From contig JAGHAC010000046.1 of the NCBI GenBank assembly GCA_021161645.1, positions 1-49,911 of the forward strand: a stretch of 49,911 nt of DNA, written 5' to 3'. Shown in pieces: positions 10,096 to 18,535 of this stretch; positions within the stretch are counted from its first letter, which is position 1; the number at the start of each line of letters is the position of its first letter. Below the pieces are notes generated by a model. The model saw nothing but the letters and a program-made list of their open reading frames with translations, was not told where the DNA came from and did no database searches. The stretch is from a bacterium (GTDB lineage Bacteria; Patescibacteriota; Minisyncoccia; Minisyncoccales; PEYH01). The translations under genes and the position numbers were made by a program.

Positions 10096-11691
10096 ATGAA
10101 AAAAAGATTAATATTCTATTATTCTCTAACAGTTGTATTGACTATCATTGCAAGTACCACCTTAGTGAGGGCTGATTCTGGTTTAGAATTAGAAGTAAAA
10201 TACCCGAACCTGTCTCAAACAATATCTCCGCCCCAATCAGCCAAGGGGTACCTTGTTGATTATATTAAATATATTTTTGAAGTGGCAATTTTCCTCTCCG
10301 GAATCGTGGCTTTTGTGGCTTTTCTCAGGGGAGGGTTTTCCTATCTTACTTCAACAGGCAATCCCTCTAAAATGCAAGATGCTAGAGACCAAATTCTTGC
10401 CGGTTTTCTTGGTTTAATTATTATCTTAGGTTCTTTTATCCTTTTGAATACCATCAACCCGCAATTAACGGAAATTAAACCTCCTGGAATTACTGGAGTA
10501 GGCCGAGGCATTATAGTCTATTCCGACGAAAACTGTGGAGATGGCGCTAATGCCCTTCCCGGTGTTCTAAAACCTTTACCTGAGGGAGTTATTTACGAAA
10601 GAGTAGAGTGGACCAAGGCTCTCTCTTCCACATCAAGAGCCCAGAACGGAACAAGAAAAGGAATGGCTATCAGATCTTTATATTCCTTCAATAGCGGAGA
10701 AGAATTAGTTCGTATAGAATTTTATCAAAACAAAGAGTGCCAAGGTCAGCCAATATCTGTTTTTACCCCCCCGAATGCAGACAAATGTTATAGCGGGACT
10801 GATATAGCCGACCAAGGGAAAATAGAGGATGTCCAATGTATTAAACTCATATGGCATATTCCCGGCGTCTGGCTTTTTACTGAAGAAGACGGAAATCCTG
10901 AATCGCCTACAGGTCCTTTTACAATAATACAAATGGATGCTCCCTCGCTACCGGAGAAGGTAGCTGGCAAAGTAAAATCTATCGCTTTAGTTGATGATGA
11001 ATTAAAACATCAAAAATATGGGGTTGTTCTCCATGAAAAATCTGGGCCTAGATACAAGGTTAAAGGTTGGGCACATCCTTATTTTCCTAAACCACAACTC
11101 TCGACAACCCGTTATAAAACAACAAACAAAAATGCTCATTCTGCCACAGTGTTTATTGTAGATGAAAACACTCCTTCTAAATGGGTGAGGCTTTGCGAGC
11201 ACGACGATTGCCAGCCGGCATCAGTTAATGAAGGAGGAGAGGTTGTTTCTAAGCCGGCTGAGAGATATTATATGTGGCCGGGGGAAAACAGACCTCCTGT
11301 CGGTGGCAACACTACACCATTAAAAGAGATTGAAAAAGTACCTCCTGAATATGCCAGAGGGGCTCTTCTCCACGAAGACGCTGATGAGTGGTGGAAGGGA
11401 GGAGATAAAGTAGCTATTTGTGAAAGTGTAAGTGGTATTAATTGGATCGGCAGAATTACCCAGTTGACAGGTAAATGTTATCGAGGAGTCTCCGCCATCG
11501 AACTCGAAGAGGGAAGTAGTTATATCTTAATCCTTTGGGCTACAGGGAAAACAAAACCACAATGGGTGGAAGGTGCGCGAGGAAATGCTCCGGCTCTTAT
11601 TATAGACAAAACCACTCGAAAACTGATTGACTTCGGATTTAATGAACAGTTGGGCATGTTTTTGGTTATAAAGGTTAAATCTTCTTTTTAA
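10096..11691 (+). CDS. VirB2-like pilin domain fused to a beta-rich extracellular region
   Basis: Signal peptide and a paralogous pilin hairpin 'LEVKYP...YIKYIFEVAIFLSG...GGFSYLTSTGNPSKMQDARDQI...INPQL'. Confidence 0.65.
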   Translation: MKKRLIFYYSLTVVLTIIASTTLVRADSGLELEVKYPNLSQTISPPQSAKGYLVDYIKYIFEVAIFLSGIVAFVAFLRGGFSYLTSTGNPSKMQDARDQILAGFLGLIIILGSFILLNTINPQLTEIKPPGITGVGRGIIVYSDENCGDGANALPGVLKPLPEGVIYERVEWTKALSSTSRAQNGTRKGMAIRSLYSFNSGEELVRIEFYQNKECQGQPISVFTPPNADKCYSGTDIADQGKIEDVQCIKLIWHIPGVWLFTEEDGNPESPTGPFTIIQMDAPSLPEKVAGKVKSIALVDDELKHQKYGVVLHEKSGPRYKVKGWAHPYFPKPQLSTTRYKTTNKNAHSATVFIVDENTPSKWVRLCEHDDCQPASVNEGGEVVSKPAERYYMWPGENRPPVGGNTTPLKEIEKVPPEYARGALLHEDADEWWKGGDKVAICESVSGINWIGRITQLTGKCYRGVSAIELEEGSSYILILWATGKTKPQWVEGARGNAPALIIDKTTRKLIDFGFNEQLGMFLVIKVKSSF

Positions 11692-11692
11692 C

Positions 11693-12163
11693 CTAGATCT
11701 TTTTGGGTTTTATTATTACTCTTCTTTCTGGTTCTTCCCCTACGCTTTCTGTGGCAACATCATTTCTTTTAGCTAATTCTAAATGAATGATTCTTCTTTG
11801 ATAAGCTGGCATTGGTTCCAGCTCTTTCTTTTTTTTGGAAAGAGTCACTTCGTCAGCCACAGAATTTGCTATCTCTCGAAGATAAGTATACTTCTTTTCT
11901 TTATATTCGTTAATGTCTAGATCAACAAAAAAATCTCCTTGGTTTTTCTTTTTAAGAATCTTTGAAAGAAGTTTTTGAATTGTATTAAGAACTATTCCAC
12001 CCTGCCCAATTAAAATCTTAGGTTCTTCCACTTGAATTCTGATGTGTAAAACCCCTTCTTCTAAAAAAACCTCTACTTTCTGAAGATCAAAACCCATTTT
12101 CTCAAAAAACTGACAAACAAGAGATTTTGTATTTTTAAAATTGACAGCGTCCTCCATATTCAA
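11693..12163 (-). CDS. jag: Jag/KhpB/EloR-type KH + R3H RNA-binding protein
   Basis: 'LIGQGG..L..IQ' KH motif and 'LEPMPAYQRRIIH' R3H motif, at the canonical position after yidC. Confidence 0.85.
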   Translation of the reverse strand: MNMEDAVNFKNTKSLVCQFFEKMGFDLQKVEVFLEEGVLHIRIQVEEPKILIGQGGIVLNTIQKLLSKILKKKNQGDFFVDLDINEYKEKKYTYLREIANSVADEVTLSKKKKELEPMPAYQRRIIHLELAKRNDVATESVGEEPERRVIIKPKKI

Positions 12164-12858
12164 TTTTTAATTCTTCTTTTAACAATTTCTTGTTGAAGAA
12201 TAGCAAATAATCCACTTACAAGCAAGTAAAGAGCGACGGCTGAAGGTACTTTTAGGAGAACTATCACAATAAAAGCCGACAAAAAATAATTCATCATTAA
12301 CTGCTGATGTTTTTGCTGCTTATCTTTTGAAGACGATCTTACACTCATCCATTTTGTCTGAAGATACTGAGAAACGCCCACAAGTACTGCCAATAAAATT
12401 GACGGTTTAGCTAAATCTATGTTTAAAAAGATGGTATTTATTGTCTCTGGCTTGTGAACAAAACTGTAAAGATAAGTAAAATTTTCTGGGTTCAAGCCTC
12501 TCAAAAACAATCTATAAAGAGCGATAAGCACCGGAAATTGAATAAGAAGCAGCCAAAATCCTGAAAAGGGGTTAAACTTTTCTTTTTTATAAATCTCCAT
12601 CAGAGCTTTTGCCTGTTTTTCTCTATCGTACTTATGCTTCTCTTGGATTTCCTTAATTTTAGGTTGAATTTTTTGAAGGGCTATCTGCGATTTAATCACC
12701 TTTTCTTGAAAAGGATACAAAGCAGCTCTAATAAGTAGGGTTAAAATAATTATTGCCAAACCAAAACTATGACCAGGCAAATAAGTAGTTAAAAGAATTA
12801 AAAGATTAAAAAGCGGCTGGTAGAAGATTATATAAAAAATTTTTACAATACTATTCAT
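12160..12858 (-). CDS. yidC: Membrane protein insertase YidC/Oxa1 (short form)
   Basis: 'FGLAIIILTLLIR..LYP', 'IQPKIKEIQEK', 'LLIQFPVL'. Synteny with rnpA. Confidence 0.92.
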   Translation of the reverse strand: MNSIVKIFYIIFYQPLFNLLILLTTYLPGHSFGLAIIILTLLIRAALYPFQEKVIKSQIALQKIQPKIKEIQEKHKYDREKQAKALMEIYKKEKFNPFSGFWLLLIQFPVLIALYRLFLRGLNPENFTYLYSFVHKPETINTIFLNIDLAKPSILLAVLVGVSQYLQTKWMSVRSSSKDKQQKHQQLMMNYFLSAFIVIVLLKVPSAVALYLLVSGLFAILQQEIVKRRIKN

Positions 12859-13201
12859 TTTGTTTGATAATTCCTGCTTTTTGAAAGATTGTTAGTATAA
12901 TTTCCTGTAGTTCCCAAAAATCATACTTTTCTGCTCCGGGTAAAGCGATTACCACAACATCATAACCCTGCTTAATGTGTAGCAGAATACTTCTTATCGC
13001 TTCTCTCAATTTCCTTTTTAATCTGTTTCTTGTCACTGCTCTGTTTGAAACTTTTCTAGAAACCACAAACCCAAATCGCAAACCAGAATCTTCTTTTTCA
13101 AGAATCTTAATAAAAATTTCTTTTTCTCTATATCCTTTTCCTTGACGAAAAACTAAGTTGAAATCCTTTTGTTTTTTGAGTCGGTTTTTGAAAGGTAACA
13201 T
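12851..13201 (-). CDS. rnpA: Ribonuclease P protein component
   Basis: 'RFGFVVSRKVSNRAVTRNRLKRKLRE' RNR motif. Confidence 0.95.
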   Translation of the reverse strand: MLPFKNRLKKQKDFNLVFRQGKGYREKEIFIKILEKEDSGLRFGFVVSRKVSNRAVTRNRLKRKLREAIRSILLHIKQGYDVVVIALPGAEKYDFWELQEIILTIFQKAGIIKQNE

Positions 13202-13336
13202 TTAAGGAATAAGTTTTTTTCTGCCCTTTTTCCGCCTTCTCTTTAACACTCTCTTGCCTCCTTTAGTTTTTGTTCTTTTTAGAAACCCATGTGTTTTCTT
13301 TTTCTTTCTTTTTTTACCTTTGTTTGTAATGCTCAT
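13202..13336 (-). CDS. rpmH: 50S ribosomal protein L34 (not in the ORF track)
   Basis: Manual translation gives MSITNKGKKRKKKKTHGFLKRTKTKGGKRVLKRRRKKGRKKLIP* (44 aa), with the HGF..R and GRK motifs. Directly upstream of rnpA. Confidence 0.93.
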   Translation of the reverse strand: MSITNKGKKRKKKKTHGFLKRTKTKGGKRVLKRRRKKGRKKLIP

Positions 13337-13366
13337 ATGCTCAAATAAATTAAAACTAATAATTAG

Positions 13367-13394
13367 ATTATATCATAATGACTTTAGTGGTCAA
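13367..13394 (-). promoter_or_regulatory. Promoter of the rpmH-rnpA-yidC-jag operon
   Basis: Minus strand reads TTGACC-16 nt-TATAAT, with a TG extension. Confidence 0.6.
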
Positions 13395-13425
13395 ATCAAA
13401 AAGTTTTTCTCTAAAGATTTACAGA

Positions 13426-13445
13426 TTATCCACAACTTATTCACA
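13426..13445 (+). promoter_or_regulatory. Tandem DnaA boxes upstream of dnaA
   Basis: TTATCCACA (13426-13434, perfect) and TTATTCACA (13437-13445, one mismatch), 2 nt apart. Confidence 0.85.
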
Positions 13446-13467
13446 TAGGTGTTGTTTTTTCTTGATT

Positions 13468-13496
13468 TTGCGTTGTTTTCTGATAATCTCTATAAT
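13468..13496 (+). promoter_or_regulatory. dnaA promoter
   Basis: TTGCGT-17 nt-TATAAT, 28 nt upstream of the dnaA ATG. Confidence 0.55.
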
Positions 13497-13524
13497 ATAA
13501 GAGGGCAAATTAATACTGAACTAT

Positions 13525-14871
13525 ATGACAAAAGAAGAGCTCTGGCAATCTGTTCTTGCCCAAATCCAACTCAATGTTTCTCCAGCAAATTTTGCTACCT
13601 GGTTTAAAAATACAAAAATTGTAGGAGTAAACGGAAGCTCTGTAATTATAGGCACCCCAAATGCCTTTTCCAGAGAGTGGCTTGAAAAAAAATATGGCAA
13701 AACCATATTAAAAATTTTAAGAAACCTAGATACCCAAATTAAAAAAATAGAGTTCCAGGTAATTTCTCATAAGCCCCTTAAAAACTTTGCTCAAAAATCT
13801 GTAGAATATCCTGACCAACTTAAATTTGAAGAATTTTATTTAGACAAAAAAACTAACCTTAATCCAAAATATACTTTTGAGAACTTTGTTGTAGGTCCGT
13901 TTAACGAACTTCCTCACGCTGCTGCTTGGGCTGTAAGCGAAAATCCGGGATCTGTATATAATCCTCTTTTTATTTACGGAGGCGTAGGACTAGGAAAAAC
14001 TCATCTTATTCAAGCGCTTGGTAACAAAGTATTAGAAAACTTCCCAAACAAAAAAGTACGCTATGTATCTTCTGAAAGATTTACTTCCGAGATTATTAAC
14101 TCTATCAAAAATCAAACAATAGACCGCTTCAAAAGATCCTATCATCAAATCGATCTTTTAATCATAGACGACATTCAATTTCTCTCAGGCAAAGAAAAAA
14201 CCCAAGAAGAATTCTTTCATATTTTTAATTCACTCTATGAGGCGAATAAACAGATTATTCTCTCTTCTGATCGTCCACCAAAGGCAATTTCCGCTCTAGA
14301 AGAAAGATTAAGATCAAGATTTGAGGGAGGAATGATTGCAGATATCAGCATTCCGGATTTTGAGTCGCGAGTCGCTATTTTGAAACAAAAAATGCAGGAA
14401 AAAAACATCTTTTTTGACGACCAAATCTTAGAATATATTGCCGAGAATATCCAAAGCAATATAAGAGAACTTGAGGGAGCGCTTAACAGACTCATTATTT
14501 ATCAAAAAATCAATAACCAAACCGTAGATCTGGAAACTGCTAAAAAGTTGCTTAAAAGAATCATAAAACCTCAAGCTAAAAGGGTGAGCTTTCAAAAAGT
14601 AATAGATATTGTAGCTGAATTTTACAACCTCAAATCCAAAGATCTCTTTCAGAAAACAAGAAAACAAGAAATTGTAAGACCAAGACAAATAGCAATGTAT
14701 TTATTAAGAGAAGAAGTTAAACTCGCCTTTCCAACTATTGGGAAAAAGTTTGGAGGAAAAGACCATACCACTGCCATCTACGCCTACGAAAAAATCGCTA
14801 AAGAAATTGAAGAGAATGAAAGTTTCTCAGAGGAAATAAACATCATCAAAGAAAGAATTTATACCTTATAA
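13525..14871 (+). CDS. dnaA: Chromosomal replication initiator DnaA
   Basis: 'YNPLFIYGGVGLGKTHL', 'LLIIDDIQF', 'RELEGAL', and domain IV 'RQIAMYL...GGKDHTT'. Confidence 0.98.
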   Translation: MTKEELWQSVLAQIQLNVSPANFATWFKNTKIVGVNGSSVIIGTPNAFSREWLEKKYGKTILKILRNLDTQIKKIEFQVISHKPLKNFAQKSVEYPDQLKFEEFYLDKKTNLNPKYTFENFVVGPFNELPHAAAWAVSENPGSVYNPLFIYGGVGLGKTHLIQALGNKVLENFPNKKVRYVSSERFTSEIINSIKNQTIDRFKRSYHQIDLLIIDDIQFLSGKEKTQEEFFHIFNSLYEANKQIILSSDRPPKAISALEERLRSRFEGGMIADISIPDFESRVAILKQKMQEKNIFFDDQILEYIAENIQSNIRELEGALNRLIIYQKINNQTVDLETAKKLLKRIIKPQAKRVSFQKVIDIVAEFYNLKSKDLFQKTRKQEIVRPRQIAMYLLREEVKLAFPTIGKKFGGKDHTTAIYAYEKIAKEIEENESFSEEINIIKERIYTL

Positions 14872-15101
14872 AGTGTTAAAAAGAAGTGGAAAAATTAAGA
14901 AGAATGTCTGAAGAAAACGTGAAGAAATTTTGTCTAATATTTTTTCATATTTTCTTCCACAATAATACCCAATTTTTTCCTGAAATTTCCACAAAGTTTT
15001 CCTACCTAATTTAATTGATTCTATCTTATTTTTACACAAAAACAATCAGAAAACATAAAATCTAATAGTAGTAATAATCTAATTAAAATTAAATTAAAAT
15101 T
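14872..15101. other. Probable replication origin (oriC unwinding region) between dnaA and dnaN
   Basis: 230-nt AT-rich spacer with degenerate DnaA boxes (TCTTCCACA, ATTTCCACA, TTTTACACA) and a DnaA-trio-like run TAA-TAG-TAG-TAA-TAA at 15063-15077. Confidence 0.7.
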
Positions 15102-16235
15102 ATGGCTATAGAAGTTTTGCGAGAAAATTTAAAAAAAGGTCTTCAGATTGTAGAAAGAATCACAGGAAAAAATTTAGTTCTTCCAATTTTAAACAATGTT
15201 TATTTAAAAACAGAAAAAAATTCGTTAAGGCTTGCGACTACGGATTTAGAAACAGCAATCTATCATTGGATATTAGCAAAGACGGATAAAGAGCAAGAAA
15301 TTACAGTGCCTGTAAAATTATTTTCGAATCTTTTATCTTTTTTGTCAGATCAAAAAATCAATCTAGAAATAAAAGATAAAATTTTAATATTAAGCGGAGA
15401 AAACTATAAAACAGAAATAAAAGGATTAGATCCAAAAGATTTTCCTATTATTCCTAAAATTGAAAAGAATGAGTGGATCGAGATTGATCCTTTATCGTTT
15501 ACAACAAGTATTTCTCAGGTAATTGATTTTTGTAGCACAACTCAAGTGAGGCCAGAACTTACTGGTGTTTATTTTTTCTTTTCGGAAAAAAATGTAAAGA
15601 TTGTTGCCACAGATAGTTTTAGGTTGGCGGAGAAAACCCTTAATTATCAAACTTCTCAAGGAAATCTTAAAGAAGAGAAGGCTTTTATTCTTCCAAGAAG
15701 TGCTGCTAGGGAAATTACAGGAATTTTCAATGAATCGGGGCAAAAAATTAAGATATTTTTTACTTCCAATCAGGTTTTGGTAGAGAATTATTTCTTTGAA
15801 TCAGAAACGCCACAGACCCAATTAATTTCGAGGTTAATAGAAGGAGAGTTTCCTAATTATCAAGATATAATTCCCAAGGAGTCGAAGACAGAAATTTTAG
15901 CAGATAAGTCTCAATTTTTGAATTATCTAAAGGCGGCAAGCATTTTTGCTGGAAGGGGTAATGAAGTAAATTTGAAGGTTGATGCTAAAGATAAGAGAAT
16001 AGAGATTTTAACCGAGAATACGGATGTGGGTTCTACTCAATTTACTCTTCCGGCAAAGATTAATGGAGAAAAAACGAAGATATGCTTCAATTACAAGTTT
16101 TTACTTGAAGGAATTTCTAAAATTAAAGGAGATGAAATATATATAGGATTAAACGGTGAAGATGGTCCGGGGCTCATTAAATCACAAGAAGATTCTAGTT
16201 TTCTCTATATCCTAATGCCGATTAAACCTACATAA
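15102..16235 (+). CDS. dnaN: DNA polymerase III beta sliding clamp
   Basis: 'LPILNNV', 'ATTDLE', 'RPELTGV', 'VATDSFRLA', 'SRLIEGEFPNY', 'ILMPI'. Confidence 0.97.
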   Translation: MAIEVLRENLKKGLQIVERITGKNLVLPILNNVYLKTEKNSLRLATTDLETAIYHWILAKTDKEQEITVPVKLFSNLLSFLSDQKINLEIKDKILILSGENYKTEIKGLDPKDFPIIPKIEKNEWIEIDPLSFTTSISQVIDFCSTTQVRPELTGVYFFFSEKNVKIVATDSFRLAEKTLNYQTSQGNLKEEKAFILPRSAAREITGIFNESGQKIKIFFTSNQVLVENYFFESETPQTQLISRLIEGEFPNYQDIIPKESKTEILADKSQFLNYLKAASIFAGRGNEVNLKVDAKDKRIEILTENTDVGSTQFTLPAKINGEKTKICFNYKFLLEGISKIKGDEIYIGLNGEDGPGLIKSQEDSSFLYILMPIKPT

Positions 16236-16278
16236 AACTTTAGAAACCTTAAACTCTAAACTTCTAGATTCTAAATTG

Positions 16279-18189
16279 CTATTGCTTGAATCTTTTCAAT
16301 ACTTCTAGCATTATTTGGTGCCAGATAGGACCGGCAATCGTTACAGCCGGTTTTTTTGCCATAGGAGTATTATCGTTATTACCTACCCATATTCCTACAA
16401 CTGTTGACTTGGAATAACCAACAACCCAAGCATCGCGAAAGCTGTCTGTGGTACCAGTTTTGGCAGCTACCCAATGTCCAGGAAAATAAAGAGGAGAGTT
16501 AATACCGAACATTGGCGCACGTGCTTTGTTATCAGAGAGAATACTGTTGATTAGCTGACAGGCGTTTTTGTCCAAAATTCTTCTTAGGCTTGTCTGAGTA
16601 TTATCTTCTATGATTCGTCCTCTGTTGTCTAAAATTTTTATTACCGCCTTGGTTTGGGTTTTCAATCCTTCAGTGGTAAAAACTCCGTAAGCGCTGGTTA
16701 GCTCAAGTAATTTGACTTCTCCTCCACCTAGAACTAATGCTGGACCATAAAATGCCCCAGGCTTATCAAGAGTAGTAATTCCCATCATTTTCGCTGTTCT
16801 TAAACTGTCTTCGATGCCAGCTAGATATAACAAAACTTTAACAGCAGGGATATTTAAAGATTGGGCAAGAGCTTGCCTTAAGGTCACGGGACCTCTAAAT
16901 TTTCCGTCATAGTTTTGAGGAATGTAGTATTTGTTACCCCATTTGCCAAAATTGGTGAGCTCGTCAACAACTATAGTTTTGTCACTATAACCTTTTTGAA
17001 AAGCAGTAACATAAATAATAGGCTTTAAAGCAGAGCCTGGTTGCTGACCAATTCCATAAACAGCAACATTTACTTTTGGTTCAAATAAGCAATTTTTTCC
17101 AGGTGTACATTTTTCAGGATACGGTTTTCCAAAATAATCTTTAGATCCAATCATTGTAAGAATTTCCCCAGTATAAGGATTTAAAATCACTACCGAGGCA
17201 TTATAGGCACCGTATGATTTTAAAAATTCATCGTTTTTTTGGATAATTTCTTTTGTTTTTTGGTACAAGTCCCAATCTAAAGTGGTATAAACATTCAAGC
17301 CTGCTTCTTTGAGATACTCAGAACCGTATTTTTTTTCAAGATAGTCCTTAACATACAAAACAAAGTGGGGAGCTTTTATCTTATCTTTATATTCGCTAAA
17401 TATAATATCTTCGTTTTTTGCTTTTTGGTATTCCTCTTGGGTAATAAAATGATCTTCAAGCATTTTCGTAAGAGTATCATCTTTGCGTTTTAAAAGTTCC
17501 TGGCGGTGTTGCCAATAGAAACTCGGTGCTTTAATAGTAGAAGCTAGGAGAGCTGCTTCTGGTAAAGTTAATTCTTTAGCAGGTTTGTTAAAGTAGGATT
17601 GAGCGGCTTCTTCGACTCCATAAATATTGGGACCAAAAGATATTTGATTAAGATACCATTCTAAAATTTGATCCTTTGAATATCGTCTCTCTAACTCCAA
17701 GGTTAAAATTATTTCTCTTATTTTTCGAGTAACGGTTTTTTGGGAAGTAAGAAAAGTGGAGCGTATTAGTTGTTGAGAAATAGTTGATCCTCCGTAGGTA
17801 GGTTTTTTAATTTTTAGGTTAATCAAAATGGCCCTAAGAATTCCCTGGAAGTCTATGCCATGATGTTTATAAAAATTTTTATCTTCTGCGGCAAGTACAG
17901 CCTTAATTAAATAAGGCGAAATCTCGCTTAGTTTTACTGGTTCTCTTCGTTCTTCTCCATAAATTGTATAAAGAAGCACCTTGCCTGTGCGATCATATAT
18001 TTTTGTAGGCAAAGCTAGCTGTCTTTCCTCAAAAACTTCTGGACGGGGAAGGTCTTTAGCGTAATAAATGAAAATTCCCAGCCCTGCAACAATAAAGAAA
18101 GTAACAAACAAAAGAAAAAATTTTAAGATTATAAAGAAAGGTCTTTTTTTTGTGACAATAATTTTTTTATCTCTCTTTTTGTTAAGCAT
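16279..18189 (-). CDS. Class A penicillin-binding protein (transglycosylase/transpeptidase)
   Basis: GT51 motifs 'EDKNFYKHHG' and 'GGSTISQQL'. Transpeptidase motifs SxxK 'GSALKP', 'SLN' and 'KTGT'. Confidence 0.95.
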   Translation of the reverse strand: MLNKKRDKKIIVTKKRPFFIILKFFLLFVTFFIVAGLGIFIYYAKDLPRPEVFEERQLALPTKIYDRTGKVLLYTIYGEERREPVKLSEISPYLIKAVLAAEDKNFYKHHGIDFQGILRAILINLKIKKPTYGGSTISQQLIRSTFLTSQKTVTRKIREIILTLELERRYSKDQILEWYLNQISFGPNIYGVEEAAQSYFNKPAKELTLPEAALLASTIKAPSFYWQHRQELLKRKDDTLTKMLEDHFITQEEYQKAKNEDIIFSEYKDKIKAPHFVLYVKDYLEKKYGSEYLKEAGLNVYTTLDWDLYQKTKEIIQKNDEFLKSYGAYNASVVILNPYTGEILTMIGSKDYFGKPYPEKCTPGKNCLFEPKVNVAVYGIGQQPGSALKPIIYVTAFQKGYSDKTIVVDELTNFGKWGNKYYIPQNYDGKFRGPVTLRQALAQSLNIPAVKVLLYLAGIEDSLRTAKMMGITTLDKPGAFYGPALVLGGGEVKLLELTSAYGVFTTEGLKTQTKAVIKILDNRGRIIEDNTQTSLRRILDKNACQLINSILSDNKARAPMFGINSPLYFPGHWVAAKTGTTDSFRDAWVVGYSKSTVVGIWVGNNDNTPMAKKPAVTIAGPIWHQIMLEVLKRFKQ

Positions 18190-18206
18190 ATTTATATATT
18201 ATAAAC

Positions 18207-18237
18207 AAAACCCCCTCGCTTCAAGCGAGGGGGTTTT
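18207..18237 (-). terminator. Strong intrinsic terminator downstream of the acidic miniprotein gene
   Basis: AAAACCCCCTCGCTT-C-AAGCGAGGGGGTTTT perfect inverted repeat with T-tails on both strands. Confidence 0.85.
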
Positions 18238-18247
18238 AAGAAGATAA

Positions 18248-18454
18248 TTAAGCTTCTTCTTTTCCTTCTTCCCATTCATCTGACTCATCTGAACCTTCGT
18301 CTTCTTCTAGCTCTTCTTCACCTTCTTCTTCCCAGTTTTCTCCTGTTTCTTCTTCTCCTTCTGTTTCTTCAGTGCCTTCTTCGGTTATTTCTTCGTCAGA
18401 TTCCTCTTCTAATTCTTCCTGATTGGTCAGGAATAAATCTGCTTTATATTCCAT
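18248..18454 (-). CDS. Hyperacidic 68-aa small protein of unknown function
   Basis: ATG-started ORF with 37 of 68 residues Glu/Asp. It has its own promoter and terminator. Confidence 0.7.
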   Translation of the reverse strand: MEYKADLFLTNQEELEEESDEEITEEGTEETEGEEETGENWEEEGEEELEEDEGSDESDEWEEGKEEA

Positions 18455-18507
18455 AAATTTAAAAGCTTATTTTTTAATTTAAAACGACCTTTGTGGTCTA
18501 TAAAGTA

Positions 18508-18535
18508 ATTATATTTTTTGAAAAGAGCCTGTCAA
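18508..18535 (-). promoter_or_regulatory. Consensus sigma70 promoter for the acidic miniprotein gene
   Basis: Minus strand reads TTGACA-16 nt-TATAAT; the -35 overlaps the ruvC stop codon. Confidence 0.7.

Noticed and set aside
4..11691. ICE or prophage call for the T4SS-like genes
   Set aside because: No integrase, relaxase, att repeat or phage genes are in view, and the locus abuts core origin genes with similar composition. The left boundary lies outside the window, so this is not fully excluded.
13254..13448. 64-aa + strand ORF
   Set aside because: It is antisense to rpmH and runs across the promoter and DnaA boxes.
18485..18492. AAAGGTCG (minus strand) in the 5' leader of the acidic miniprotein gene as a translation signal
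   Set aside because: It is the only upstream-positioned instance I found in the window and lies ~30 nt from the ATG, so it cannot be supported without genome-wide motif statistics.
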